This document shows positions 12,801 to 27,800 of a stretch of DNA of 64,000 nt, in pieces. The notes under the pieces are model-generated. The model was given only the letters and a program-made list of their open reading frames with translations, was not told where the DNA came from and searched no databases. The stretch spans positions 35,033,935 to 35,097,934 of the forward strand of contig JARFYF010000022.1 of NCBI GenBank assembly GCA_030265395.1, written 5' to 3'. How positions within the stretch are numbered: the first letter of the stretch is position 1; every line of letters starts with the position of its first letter. This DNA comes from Rhina ancylostomus. Taxonomy: Eukaryota. Position numbers and translations under genes: made by a program.

Positions 12801-15800
12801 CCAGTCATCCTCCGCTCCAACGGACGGCCTACAAAGAAACTCATTTTCAGTTTATAGAACATTAGTTGCATGTATAATATAAAGACATTATATTTTGAAA
12901 CATGGCTCATGCCGTGTTTCTAACCTTGCAATGAAGATGTACGTGGCCCGGGCTCCATTACAAATAAAGCAGAAATTGCAGGAATAGTTCATCCTGCAAG
13001 TTACAGCAAACCCATTGAGGAGTTCATCCCGCACTAGTTGTTATACTTTATTATGTTCATCAATCCTCATTGTCCCACCTCAATGATACTGAAGCATTTA
13101 TAAAATGGGACTTGCTTCTGTGAAGAAACTATGATTTGTTAAACTGACAATATTTTTTCTTGATTTTGCAGAATGTCCAAGAAGCCATCTTGACTTCTTT
13201 GAACCACATGACTCAGACTTGTCCCCAGAAGAGAGTTGCCTTGGTGACATTTAATGATGAGGTATGGTGTAATTTGGGAAATAATGATGATGTTAGTGGA
13301 TGGATCGACATTACAAACAGGCACATTAGATTGTTGGTTTGGCAAGATTTAAAAAGTAACTAGCTGGCAGATATACCAGGTGCTTATATAAGATGGTTGA
13401 GTCTTTAGTTTGAACAAATGTAAAGTCTACCTGAATACACTAGAGGGCAGCATGCTTGGTAGGCAATTTGTCTTGTATATAAGGTAGTTATTTATTAGTA
13501 CCGTGTACATTGAAACACAGAGTGAAGTGCATCTTTTTGTGTTACTGAGAATGTGCTGGGGGCCACTTTTCTGGCGCCAACATAGTATGCCCACAACTCT
13601 TAACCTGTACGTCTTTGGAATATGGGAGGAAACCAGAGTACCCGGAGCAAACCCACGCAGACACACCCAGGGAGAACATACAAACTCATTACAGACAGTG
13701 GCAACAATTGAACCCAGGTTGCTGGTGCTGTAATAGCGTTATGCTAACAAGATCACTAACAAAGCTAAAGGACTGCATTATTTTGGATAGCTTACTTTAA
13801 ATTTCATCTGCCATATACTGCCCCGAGGACGGAGAGTAGATTCCTGCTCCACTGAGCCACACACACACTTTGCTGAAGTAGTACAAGTCCCTGGCTTGTG
13901 CTAATAGGTCTCATGGGAATGACTAATGTGTAGATGGTCCTGTAGTTGATATTTGAGGACAATGATCCTTCTTATTATGTGCATTGACTCTACTCATAGA
14001 TGACATTGCTTAGAAGATTTTGCATGAAATTTCTCTTTCTCAAGATGTAAGATTTAACTGCTAGGAAATGGACCAGTTTCCCATTTCAGCCACCCAGCGT
14101 CAGTCATGTGCAGTAAAAGCACTGGGTGCAAATACAGTCCCCTCCAATTACTCAGCTTTCCTAGCCCCAATCACAACTGAACACTGTCCACAGCAACAGC
14201 TTTGCAATTCTTATGAATTAATCACTTTGGGAGTTTCTGCTGACTGCACTTGCTTGCAGCCTTCCCATAATCTTGCTAGGTAAGGTTGCCATTTTATGTT
14301 AAAATGGGGATATGCTTGCATGAACGCTGCTCTAAGACTCTTCATTGGTCACTATGCACTGGAACCCTTAGTGAACCCTTAGTCTAGATACACCACCAGT
14401 GAACCCTTAGTCTAGATACCTCCGAATTTGATACTCCAGTGTCTAACTTCCTGTTCCCACCTTAGCAATTATCACTTTTTTTTAAACAATATTTTCCAGA
14501 GGCCAGTAAGGTGCATCTCTGGGTTTAATTATTAAATGAGAAGTAAATATTCACATTTGTTTGGACTCAGTTGATGGTGTGAAGGTTCAAGCTGAGATCT
14601 GAAAAAGAACTCAAAATCTCATGCATTTCATGGGACCATTTCACTCTGGTGTCTAATGCTAATACTAACATATTAAGTAATTAAACACTTTCAGTTTTGG
14701 GCGTTAAGTTTATTTCATTTAATTTTAATTTTTAAAAGATTCTTTGACATCACTGATCTAACTAACTGATTTCTGAAGTTTTTTTTTAACCAGAAGTACT
14801 GGTACAAGGGAGCCCTGGTTAACTCTGTAGGAAAATTCTTTACTTAGTCACAAATTGCCATTGTGCCAGCTGTGGCAGAGAGACAGTTTCAGAAACAGCC
14901 CTTTGTTTTGTTGGACCCTCATACTTCTTTGCATTTCACCAAATAGAATATCTATGAACTAGCACAATCAGGCAGTGTTTTAAAATGTATTTTCTTTTAT
15001 ATTGACTTTATTAAAAAAATTCCTTGACTTACTTAAGAGTTGAAGTGTCCAATTAATACCTTTGCTATCAAAAGATCCAACATAATTTTTTTAGAGCCTC
15101 CTCTCTGGCCAACAAACAAGCATACAGTAATTAGCAAAAATTCCCAAGGATGATTAATTCAGACTAGGAACATGATCATTTTTGTAGATCAGGCCAATAT
15201 TTTTAAAACTGGAGCCAAAAGTCCTAGAAATCCAAATTTCATTAAACATCACTTATGCTTAAAACTCTGCAATCCTTTGGGCCTCTTACACTAACCAAAA
15301 GAAATGCACCAAAAGAAACTCCAGGCCATACTTGGTCTCTATCCCCTTTCTGTTACCAGGTAACAATCTACGGTGATGGAACACAAATGCCCACAAGACT
15401 GAGTAATTATCAACTGTTGGATTCAGACTACCTAAAGGAAAAAGGGAGAGATTATCCTTGCCCGCGATGCATTGCAGAGAGCCTTCAAACACTAAGCCAT
15501 AGAGTGAATGAGTAAGTACTGAATTTATTGTTTACCAACTGAATGTTAATAAGCAATTAATTAAAGGATTCAAACCATTATTGTGGAATTGGTTTGTGCA
15601 GTATAAAAATAGCACAACATTGGGTCAGCCTTAATTACATGGAGATATTCTGACACCACCAGAATATGAAGGAATGCTCTAGATGGTTTCAATGGGCCCT
15701 TTGTTACTTACCAAATTTGACACTCTGAACTCATCTTGTTTATGAAAATTCAGGTGCGCTTTCACTAATAAAATAACACAAAAATATACTTAGAGCAGCA

Positions 15801-18800
15801 CAGAAGCACATTCTTTCTTTGTGAACGCCGATAAGTACTTGGTAGAACCTGTCAGGTAGAGTTTAGAGGCACAGGTGGCAAGAATATTTCCTAACCTGTA
15901 CATCTTTGGAATGTGGGAGGAAACCGGAGCACCCAGAGGAAACCTACACAGTCATGGGGAGAACATACAAACTCCTTACAGACAGCAGCCAGAATTGAAC
16001 CTGGGTTGCTGGCACTGTAAAGCGTTACGCTAACCACTACACTACCATTGCTGAACTAGATGACAGGCTGGCAGAGATTGAATATTAGAGCTGGAGTTTT
16101 TGTAATGAGCAGCCTGTTCTTTTCTCTTATTTTACTTTTGAGATCTGGCTCATTTGATCATTTCTTTCTCAGTTTCTTTTTGTTTGTTTTTAATATCGGG
16201 CTTTGCAGAAAATACTGGATCTCATTCTAGTTGACCAGGCTAGTAAGCATCCACAAGCCTTCTTCTAAAACCATCGATTATCAGGGGCTTTCCCAGTCAA
16301 TGGTGTTCACATCTTCAACAAATGTTCACACACTGTCCAACAGTGGTCTCTAAATTGTTTCCTATTATAGGTAGACAAAATTACGAGGGGTACAGATAGG
16401 GTGAATGCATACAGGCTTTTTCCCCTCGGGTTGGGTGAGACTAGAACTAGAGTNNNNNNNNNNNNNNNNNNNNNNNNNNNNNNNNNNNNNNNNNNNNNNN
16501 NNNNNNNNNNNNNNNNNNNNNNNNNNNNNNNNNNNNNNNNNNNNNNNNNNNNNTGAGACTAGAACTGGAGGACATAGGTTTAGGGTGAAAGGTGAAATAT
16601 TTAAGGGGAATCTGAGGGGGAACTTCTTCACTCGGAGGGTGGTGCGAGTGTGGAACGAGCTGCCAGCAGAAGTGGTAGATGTGGGTTCAATTGTAACATT
16701 TAAGAGAGGTTTGGATAGATATATGGATGGGAGAGGTTTGGAGAGATATGGTCCGGGTGCAGGTAGATGGGACTAGGCAGAAGATCAGGTTGGCATAGAC
16801 TAGATGGGCCAAAAGGCCTGTTTCTGTGCTGTAGTGCTCTGTGACTCTAAGTATTGTTGAAATACAAATGTTTAAATTAAAACATGGGATGAGGATGGAG
16901 AGAATTGTCTTTGATTATGAGTGCTAAACACAGGTACGGTTTTGATTGATAGTTGCACTCACCTTTGCAATTCAGTTCCACTGAAGTTAATGGAACCAAG
17001 CAATGAGATGATGTTTGAGGTGATGAACAAGGTGGACACTCACACATTTTGCTGCTCGCGACCAAAGACAAATGTTTCTGCCTTAATGTTCATATGATAA
17101 AAGGAATGCTTGTGGAAGTTACTAAAGGCCTTTACCCCTGTGAAGTCAGCACATCGTGACCCAAGGGCCTTTAAAATTCATTACATATTTGTACATTGGT
17201 TAGTGAGATTCCATTCACAGTATCTGATGAACCAATGCTGTTTAGAGCAGGTAGAACTATTGCATAAGCTATTTATGGAGCTGTTCTGCAAATATTCAGG
17301 AACAAATATTCCTCAGGGTCAGTAACTTTCGTGCTGTACCTGTAAAACTGGAAAACTCCTTTTGAAAACGTAATCATATATTGCGTCAGTTTAACAGTTT
17401 TATCGAGCAAAATGGAATTGCAGCCATGATAGAATTCAAAAAGAGGACAATAAAATAATAAATGGTTCGGACATAAATTGGATGAAAATATCAAACTGTG
17501 CAAAGTAAGACATTCCTTTTAAAAACAGAAGGAATGGTTTCATCATTCAACAATGGATAAATTATTGTTTCTGAGAATGTAATCTCCTCCACATCTAACA
17601 TGGACCAACCTGTGTGTTCCTATTTAGCTTTTGTTGAAATAAAATGACCTTGTTGATTTATACAATATTCCCCTACGTCACAGACTGGGAATGTTTCCCT
17701 GCATGCATAAAATCAGAATATTTATTTCATTTAAGTGAGATGAATAGAGAGACATACGGCAGCTGAAACAAAAACACGCAAAAATACATTAAAAAAGTGA
17801 TGAGGAAGTATGATGTCATCATCATTGACATATGTCAACAAATTATTTTTACACAAAACTTTAATAATCTTATTTCTTTATAGATGTTGACAGACTTACT
17901 GTACATTTTCAAAATTTAATTTTATATTTAATCCTGTATACCTTGTTAGCCAGTAGAGGGTGCTTCTGCTGAAATTATGCAATTTAAAATCCACGTGAAG
18001 TGCATATGAACAGTTAATAGCTCCCATTTCCAATCCTAATAAGCAACACACACACACACAAAACACAGAGCAGCAGCAGCAGTCTCTTGAGAAACCGATC
18101 TGACATGTGTACAAAATTATGAGGGGTATAGTTTGGGTGAATGCACACAGGCCTTTTCCCCTCAGGTTGGATGAGACTAGAACTAGAGGTCATAGGTTTA
18201 AGGTCAAAGGTGAAATATTTAAGGGTAATCTGAGGGGGAACTACTTCACTCAGAGGGTGGTGTGAGTGTGGAATGAGCTGTCAGTGGAAGTGGTGGATGC
18301 AGGTTCAATTGTAGCATTTAAAAGAAGTTTGGATAGGTGCATGGATGATACGGGTATGGAGGGCTATGGTCTGGGTCCACGTAGAAGGGACTAGGCAGAA
18401 AACCAGGCTGCCATGGACTAGACGGGCCAAAGGGCCTGCTTCTGTGCTGTAGTGCTCTATGACTCTATTCCTAGTCAATTAGGGTTTAACTGCTTACTTT
18501 TGCTAAATTTGGGTAACTCAACACAGCTGAGCCATGATGGTGCTTCAATTTGACCCATTGTTTGTAATTGTTCTCTACAGGCTGAGAGAACAAGGTGCGA
18601 CCGCTCTGGGTCCAGCTGCACTTGTTGCAGTGTCAATGGCATCAAAGAGTCCTAGGTCAAAGGTGAGTTGGGTAGCATCTATAATTTAAAGCCTTTAGAA
18701 CCAAGGCTACAGGAAAATAACTGGGGAGTGAGTCGAATTGCTCCTTCAAAGTGCCAGGACAGATGCAATGGACTGAGTGTGCTTTTAAATTTATTAATCA

Positions 18801-21800
18801 TGTTGATCAAAATCTAATGGTGATTTGATAGCAGTATGACAAAATTGAAGATCGATGCTCCAACTAAGCTCCTCTCTTATCTCTGAAACAATAGCATGAA
18901 CAACTACCTTTCCCTCGCTGATACAATTTAAAGGGACTATTAAGCATTAACTTGTAGATTAGTTCCTGATTTCTTCTGGCTGTTGCAATGACCCAGAAAT
19001 GTTTGGTGTTTTCTAAAGTTGCTAAAGTCTAATGTGCCAATTGCTGAAGAACTTTGCCCACATCAAGGTTTCTGTACAAACCAATTCTTCCCATCCCTGG
19101 GCCCATTAGTAGTCATTCCTTTGGGAATGCAGCATGACTGGGTAGCTGAGCAGGGAGTGTATGGAGCAAAATGAGGGAGTGAGGTTTTTCAGTGGGAGGC
19201 CATAGCCGTCCAGGGTATTCACTAAGCAACACCTCTGTATGAGCCATCTGCAATGTAGCAATGGCATCCTTGATGAAATAAACCATTTGTTCCAACCATA
19301 ACTGCAGCCTCTGAGCAGGGCAAGGACTGTGTTGTTAGTGGGTATCAATGTCTCATTGTACATGAGCTTCAGTAGATCAGAATTCTTCCAGGCTGGAGAT
19401 GGAGATATTGCAGCATCTGCAATTTACCATCCACAGTTGCAAGATACTCGATCCCAGAGAGCTGAGTACATTTTATTATCTCTTGCCAAAGTGCAGACTC
19501 AAAGTGAACATGTGGCTCAATGAGAATTGCTGTCTTTCCTGTGGTGCTGTATGCCACAGAGTGCATGCATGTCAATCCACCACCAACAGGAATTCCACTT
19601 CCTCAGGCTCCACCTAGTACTTGGCCAAGCACAAGCACATCATGCAGGTTAGTGCCCTACATCCAGGCACCAATTGAGAACCCATTACTCAACAATAGTC
19701 CACCATGCCACCTGCACTTTAACTATCATAACATGTCGAAAGGTGGCTGCTGATAATGTGATAATAGTGATGATGTAACTCTGGTCTGTGCATGGGTAGC
19801 ATGTATTGAGCTTCATGAAATGTGTTAGGAAAGAACAGTGGTGGACTCAAACACCATTTGTGACCTTGATATCTCTAGATGATCTCTGCATTGCTGGGCA
19901 GAGCAGCCCTCAAACTGTGGTGGTCTGTATATTGTACAGTCTTGTCATCATGTGGTCACTAGCCTTCAGGGTACAGTCAGTGCCCAACTCATCTGACTGT
20001 GATCCAATAAACACAACCTCAATTTCCCCTTCATCATCTGCCCTACACACTATCTTCTCTCTGTTGCTGATTGTAATGGTGTCCATTTGGTGGCAGTGCA
20101 AAATTAAAGAACAATTTAAAAATTCAAAGCTAAATTTATAAATCAACCCATGCCAAATGTCAACCAATAACCTTGAACAGTTNNNNNNNNNNNNNNNNNN
20201 NNNNNNNNNNNNNNNNNNNNNNNNNNNNNNNNNNNNNNNNNNNNNNNNNNNNNNNNNNNNNNNNNNNNNNNNNNNNNNNNNNNNNNNNNNNNNNNNNNNN
20301 NNNNNNNNNNNNNNNNNNNNNNNNNNNNNNNNNNNNNNNNNNNNNNNNNNNNNNNNNNNNNNNNNNNNNNNNNNNNNNNCCCCTCTCATTCTTCTGTACT
20401 CCAGTGAGTACAGTCCAAGAACCGACAAATGCTCATCGTATGTATGCTACACATATACACTGCCTGCACAATCCCAGGAGGAGATAACAGTTTTCTGCTC
20501 CACTGTACCTGGCCACTCCATGCAGACAGATCGTTATCAATGAGGTTATATATGCCCCAAGCTTGTGGTAATTGATCACATGGGAATGGCAGATGTGCAG
20601 GAGGGTACAAAAATATGTCAAGACATTTCCTCACCTCGGATCACTTAGTCCTGTGTTCCATTAGCATGGTACTAGAAAACACCCATTGCTCAAGGGTTGT
20701 TGGAAACCAGTGAAGTACAGGAGAAGCACTGGGGCCAATGGCAGTGTCCTGACTGCTGTCCTGTTTGAGATCTGCTTACCCAGTACCAACCCAGAATTGT
20801 AACTGGATCCTTCTGTCTAGCATGACCCAAGTACAAAGCCTGCAGAATCTTTATTGCATCTCCAGTAGAAGGCTGGATCTACAAGAACCATTCTCTAACT
20901 CAAGTGAACTCTCCAACTCCAGGTAATCATCTGTACAGATGGGAAGGCAAATATAGGCCTGGGATACTTGGAGAGTGTGGAGGAAGATATGTATGAGTAT
21001 TCCAAACAATTTTACACTGATTTAGGCGAGCAAGCAACTTTAAATGGGTAAGCATTCTTTTTTTTATGCTTCACAGTTATTTTTACATTTAAAGTTAAAA
21101 AGACTTCCATTTATATTGCACCTTAATGAAAATCAAAAAAAACTGCAGATGTTGGAAAGTTGAAATAAAAACAGAAAATGTTTGTAAACACTAGCAAGTC
21201 AGGCAGCATCTGTGGAAACCGAATCAAAGTTAATGTTTCAGATCCGAGACCTTTTGTCAGAGACTGTTTCTCTCCACACTAAGCATTTCCAGCATTTTCT
21301 GTTTTTTTAAAAAAGCGTCTCAGCAAATTGGTGAAACATCTTGAAGGATTTTATGTGCAGTGAATTACTTCTGTGAAATGTCTGTGGTTATGTGGGTAAA
21401 TGAAAGCATGATTATATGGTTTTGATCACAGAGGTACCAATGACATGAAGGGAATGCTCTTTAGGACTGTTTAAAAAGGCTGTAATTTATATCAATTTGT
21501 TCATGAGCTCCTGCAGATTGCAATTAGAATCAGATTGACCTGCAGAAGTCTGCCTAATTTGACATTTTCCAGATCTGTTTTCTCTTACTAATTTATAACT
21601 TGACTTCTGATAAACTTCTTCTCTTTACATTTGGACTTCCTTGTGTAGTTCCTGCCTGCAAACATTCCAAAACATGTAGGTAGGTTAATTAGCCACTGTA
21701 AATCACCTCTAGTGTGTAGGTGAATTACAGAAACCGGAGGAAATCAACGGGAATGTAGAAAGCAAAAAAAAATTGGAATTGGTATAGAATGTGTGTAAAT

Positions 21801-24800
21801 GGATGTTTGATGGTCAGGACAGGTTTGGTGGGCCCAAGGGCATGTTTCCGTGCTGCCTGACTCCATGATTCTGACCTTTTTCCCATCTTCCTTGGTTTTC
21901 TGTGAATCTTTCCCTTCTCTTCTTTCAAAACTACAAATGACCCCTCCAACATGCTCTGAATCATTTCACTTTCACTGCATTGAAATCAATACTGGAATTC
22001 ATCAATGTCCTGCCGAATTAGTACAATGATAATCAAATGTGTGGAGTTCTTATCCATTTTAGACATTCCTCCTTCCTAAAACATGCAGACTTCTTAAAAC
22101 TAATGTTGATATCCAACTGATATTTGCCTTTCATCAGTTTTCCATTTGGACCTTAAATTTAAAAAACCTGCATTCCAGGTAGACACTTGCATGTTTATTA
22201 TTAAGCCTATTTACTAACAGTTTCTATCTATATTACAGCAGACTTCCTGGTCATAAAGTTGTAGCAAATGAGTCACAAAATAAAAATGGTCTGCTCCACA
22301 GTTTCATGTTTTCTGTCCTTGCTCCAGGGTAATTGTATCGGTTCTGACAATAGAGGGCACAGACTGTAGACTGGCAGAGCTTGGAAAACTGGCAGATCGG
22401 ACAGGAGGAAGGGTAAGAATGCAGAAGGAGGAGAGGAAGCAATAACACTGTTAGCTGCTTCACTAAAAAGTGCAGTTAATATCATGAAATAAAAAGAAAT
22501 CACAGCACCCAGATAGATGTATCTTAAGATCAATTAACAATGTCAACATATGATCAATTTTTTTTTACAAGTTCAGAGGTGTCAGTCTCACTTTAAGACC
22601 ATAAGACATAGGAGCAGAATTAGGTCTGCCATTCGATCATGGCTGATTTAGTTTTCCCTCTCGACCCCATTCTCCTGCCTTCTTCACGTAACCTTTGACA
22701 CCCTTACTAATCAAGAACTGGTTGACCTCTGCTTTAAATGTACCCAATGACTTGGTCTCCACAGCCGTCTGTGGCAATGTGTTCCACAAATTCCCCACCC
22801 TCTGGCTAAAGAAATTCCTCCTCATCTCTGTTCTAAAGGGACGTCCTTCTCTTCTGAGGCTGTGCCCTCTGGTCTTAGACTCTCCCACTCCCTGAAAAAT
22901 CCTCTCCACATCCATTCTATCCAGGCCTTTCAATATTCAGTAGGTTTCAATGAGATTCCATCCCCCCCCCCACCCCCTTATTCTTCTGAACTTGTGAGTA
23001 CAGGCCTAGAGCCATCAAACACTCCTCACACGTTAACCCTTTCACATCTGGGATCATTCTCATAAACCTCCTGTGGACCCTCTCCTATGCCAGCACATCC
23101 TTTCTTAGATATGGGGTCCAAAACTGCTCACAGTACTCCAAATGTGGTCTGACCAACACCNNNNNNNNNNNNNNNNNNNNNNNNNNNNNNNNNNNNNNNN
23201 NNCCTCTCGAAATGAATGCTAACATTGCATTTGTCTTCCTTACTACCAAGTTGATCTGCAAGTTAACCTTTAGGGAATCCTGCACTAGGACTCCCAAGTG
23301 CCTTTGCACCTCTGATTTCTGAATTCACTCCCCATTCAGAAAATAGTCGACACCTTTATTCCTTCTACCAAAGTGCATGACCATACACTTCTCAACCTGT
23401 CCAAATCCTTCTGCAGATTCCCTGCTTCCTCAACACTACCTGACCCTCTACCTATCTTTGTATCATCCACAAACTTGGCCACAAAGCTATAAATTCCATC
23501 ATCCAGATCATTAACATATAATGTGAAAAGTAGCGGGCCCAACACCAACCATTGTGGAATACTCGAGTACCTTACCTGTAATACCACGGGCTCTTATCTT
23601 GTTTAGCAGCCTCATTTGCTGCACCTGGTCAAAAGCCTTCTGAAAATCCAAGTAAACAACATCCACTGACTTCTTTATCTATCCTGCCTGTTACTTCCTC
23701 AAAAAAGTTCCAATTGATTTGTTAATCAAGATTTACCTTTAAGGAAACCTTTTGTCTTGTGCTTCCTGAAACCTCATCCTTGATAATGGACTCTAGCATC
23801 TTACCAACCACTGAAGTTGGGCTCACTAGCCTTTAATATACCGTCTTTTGCCTCCCTCACTTCTTAAAGATTGGAGTGATATTTGTGTTGTTTCAGTCCT
23901 CTTGAATTATTCCTGAAAGTAGTGATTCTTTAAAGATCACTAGTAATGCCTCCACAATCTCTTCAGCGACCTCTTTCAGAGCCCTGGGGTGTGGTCCATC
24001 CAGTCCAGGTGACTTATCCACCTTTGAACCTTTCAGCTTCCCAAGCACTTTGTCCTCGGAAGAAGCGACTACACTCACTTCTGTCCACTGATTCTCTAGA
24101 ATTTCTGGCACGTTGCTGGTGTCTTCCACAGTGAAGACTGACATAAAATACTTATTCGGTTCATCCGCCATTTCTTTGTTCCCTATTACTATCTCGCCAG
24201 CGTCATTTTTCCAGCGATCCGATGACGCCTCTTGCCTCTCTTTTACTTTTTATATATCTGAAAAATCTTTTGGTATGCTCTTTTATATTATTGGCCAGCT
24301 TACATTTATAGTTCATCTTTTCTCCCATTATTGCTTTTTGAGTTGGTTGTTTAAAGCTTCCCTATCTTCCCACTAATTTTTGCAATATTGTATGCACTCT
24401 CTTTTGCTTTTATGCTGTATTTGACTTCCCTTGTCAGCCATGATTGCCTTGTCCTCCATTTAGGATGCTGCTGCTGCTGCTTTGGGATGAACTGATCCTG
24501 CATCTTCCGAATTTCTGGTCCTCCCACTGCTGCTCTACTGTCATCCCTGCTCGGGTCCCCTTCCAACCAACTTTCACCAGCTCCTCTCTCTTGCCTCTGT
24601 AGTTACTTTTACTCAACTGTAATACTGATACATCCAATTTAAACTTCTCCCTCTAAAATTGCAAATATCTATCATATTATGATTACTGCCTGCTAAGGGT
24701 TCCTTTACCTTATGCTCCCTAATCAAATCTGGTTCTTTGCACAACACCAAATCCAGAATTGCCTTTTTCCTCGTGGGCTCGACCATAAGCTGCTCTAAAA

Positions 24801-27800
24801 AGCCATCTCATAGGCATTCTACAAATTCTTTCTCTTGGGATCCAGTACCAACTTGATTTTCCCAATCTACCTGCATATTGAAATCGCCCATAATCATCGT
24901 AAAAAGGCTTTTTACGTGCCTTTTCTATCTCCTGTTGTAATTTGTACCTTGCGAGAGTCTTTGCAAGAGTCTTTTNNNNNNNNNNNNNNNNNNNNNNNNN
25001 NNNNNNNNNNNNNNNNNNNNNNNNNNNNNNNNNNNNNNNNNNNNNNNNNNNNNNNNNNNNNNNNNNNNNNNNNNNNNNNNNNNNNNNNNNNNNNNNNNNN
25101 NNNNNNNNNNNNNNNNNNNNNNNNNNNNNNNNNNNNNNNNNNNNNNNNNNNNNNNNNNNNNNNNNNNNNNNNNNNNNNNNNNNNNNNNNNNNNNNNNNNN
25201 NNNNNNNNNNNNNNNNNNNNNNNNNNNNNNNNNNNNNNNNNNNNNNNNNNNNNNNNNNNNNNNNNNNNNNNNNNNNNNNNNNNNNNNNNNNNNNNNNNNN
25301 NNNNNNNNNNNNNNNNNNNNNNNNNNNNNNNNNNNNNNNNNNNNNNNNNNNNNNNNNNNNNNNNNNNNNNNNNNNNNNNNNNNNNNNNNNNNNNNNNNNN
25401 NNNNNNNNNNNNNNNNNNNNNNNNNNNNNNNNNNNNNNNNNNNNNNNNNNNNNNNNNNNNNNNNNNNNNNNNNNNNNNNNNNNNNNNNNNNNNNNNNNNN
25501 NNNNNNNNNNNNNNNNNNNNNNNNNNNNNNNNNNAACAGCTCCCTCCTTCCCCAATACTGGTGCCAATGTCCCATGAATTCAAACCCACTTCTCCCACAC
25601 CAATCTTTGAGCCACAGATTTAACTCTCTGATCTTATTGACCCTGTGCCAATTTTAATCTCCTTCAGTGTTCAGTGGTGGAATGCTTAATGTGACATGGA
25701 AACATGGAATTGAAATCTAACAACAAGAAGGGCCCACTTCAATTCCTGGCACGTAATGAGTTAATTGATTTAGTTGAGGCAGCATTTGAAATGTTTTATG
25801 ACTAGCTTTGTTGGGGCAGGAGAAACAAATTAGCTGTGGCTACTTTCCAGAAGGATATCGAGTAACCAAGAGATGATCACTGACCCTATTTGACTGATGT
25901 TCTTTTCTCTGATGGATGTGCTTCATGTTATACCCCTTATTAGAATATAAAGTTTCTGACTGACTAATTAATTTCTAATTAGAAATTACTGACTGACTGT
26001 CAATGGTTTGGTTGTTTCCACTACGTCCAGATTTTTAAAGCACAGAATCTTTGTCTGGCATTGGGGAGTAAAGTGAGTATCTGGTCATCTTAAGGGGAGA
26101 AAAACCTTGTAGCTAATGGAATACTATTAATTGAAAATTTGTCAACCAGATGTAATATGCATGCACCCATCTGCCTGGCCATCCATTTATTCAATGGCCT
26201 CACTATTCAGGTGAAGTTATCCCTGTTAAATGAACTACTGGAATACAACATGTTGGCAAACATTTACAATTGTATTTCAATAGATGGTAAAAGATAACCT
26301 CAAACTTGCTAGTTTTGTCAACCTTTTTTCCAATACCTATGTATCCACCAGAACTAGATTCCTTTCTCTAAGACCAAATGTTTTTAGGATGACAGCGTCA
26401 CATTCCTCCAGTATCCTGTTGCAAACAATGAGTGAGTGGCCCATCAGACTTACTGGATATACAAGAGCTTCAATTGGTGCTACTGCATGCCTAAGAGTTA
26501 TCCAGGGCCTTCAAGGTGATCATTCCAGTTGTGCCTTTCTTCACTCAAGGTTTGCCCAGATACCCACATCATATCTATTTTCCTTAACTTTTAGTTGTCA
26601 ATGAGTAAGAGCTATCCAATCCCTAAATGAGCTCTCTCATATTATGCCATAACAGCAAGATTGCAGCTAGTATTGAGGACACACATTTTGATTGCTACAA
26701 TGCCAATCTGAAAGTCCAATGAAGCACAACTGATCTGTGCCTTTCACTCTTCCTTTTGACTTTCTTCTTTTCCTGCCAAGCATGCTCATTTAATTATTTC
26801 TCATTTCAGGTCAACATTGTTAATCCAATTGATTTGCCAAACGAGATTCAGGCGACTTTGGAAGATGATGTAATTGCAACCGATGTTACTGTGACCTTTG
26901 TAGTCACTGAGCAGATGTAAGTGAAATCTACTGAGCTAAAATGTGTCTCTGAAGGTATATGCTGTTTGCACTAGTTTGGACAATGACCTAATAATTCACT
27001 GGAAGTCAGCTGTTTTCTCTGTGCACATAATAGCAGCAACAACAACAGCATCAACTTGCACCTATGCAATGCTTTTAATTCAGTAAAATGTTCCAGGGTG
27101 CTTCACAGAAGATGGTGCAGAAAAGACACTAAACAGAAATTAAGAGGAATAGAGTGTAAAATTACAGTTCAATATTGAAGAATCTTCTAAATATGGTAAG
27201 AAATGTAGCAAGCATCCAGTGGAGAGAGATCAGGCAGAGAATTCCAGGTGCAGGTACACCATAGTTAAACATTATCACTTATGATGAGAAAAAAACCTTG
27301 GACTTTGTAAAACACAAAGGGGTGTAGACTTCCATCACTACTCTGGCAATCTTTCAATTTTGGCAACAAAATAGCAACTTCCAATGAATATCCAAGGCAC
27401 TGATATTCTTGCATAACAATTCTCTGTCAACATTGAAGACAATCTCATGCCAATCTGTGTAAATAGCTCAATTTCATTGATTTTACTTTTTCACTGAGGG
27501 TATCATTTTTTTGACATAGGGTTATATTTTCGTCATTCACAATTATTTTCTTGTTTATATCATTAGCAGTTTGGGAAACCAGAAAATATTTCTTAACATA
27601 CTTTATGTTATTTATTTGCATACATTTTCTTGCATTTGCTTCTTTGAAATCTGGGCTATGAAAGGTGACCCTACAGATTAGACTTTACATATTCCTCATA
27701 AGAGACACGGAGCCTGACAAGCAAAGTTCTCATGTTATAGACTAACACTAAGTGACATAAGCCCTGATGATTGGTGCATTGCTGGATCTGAATAGTGCCA

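Noticed and set aside
13690-13760. tRNA-like A/B-box sequences (also at about 16000, 29650, 36660)
   Set aside because: These are SINE heads attached to V-domains, not cloverleaf tRNA genes.
16430-16575. Direct repeat tgagactagaact on both sides of a 100-N gap (likewise ttttgatcttaa at 31671/31784)
   Set aside because: Most likely overlapping contig ends (an assembly artefact), not a biological duplication.
9770-25623. Long ORFs in the track that span N runs (e.g. 9785-10264, 24719-25567, 24835-25623; also 53864-54319)
   Set aside because: They are open only because of assembly gaps translated as X.
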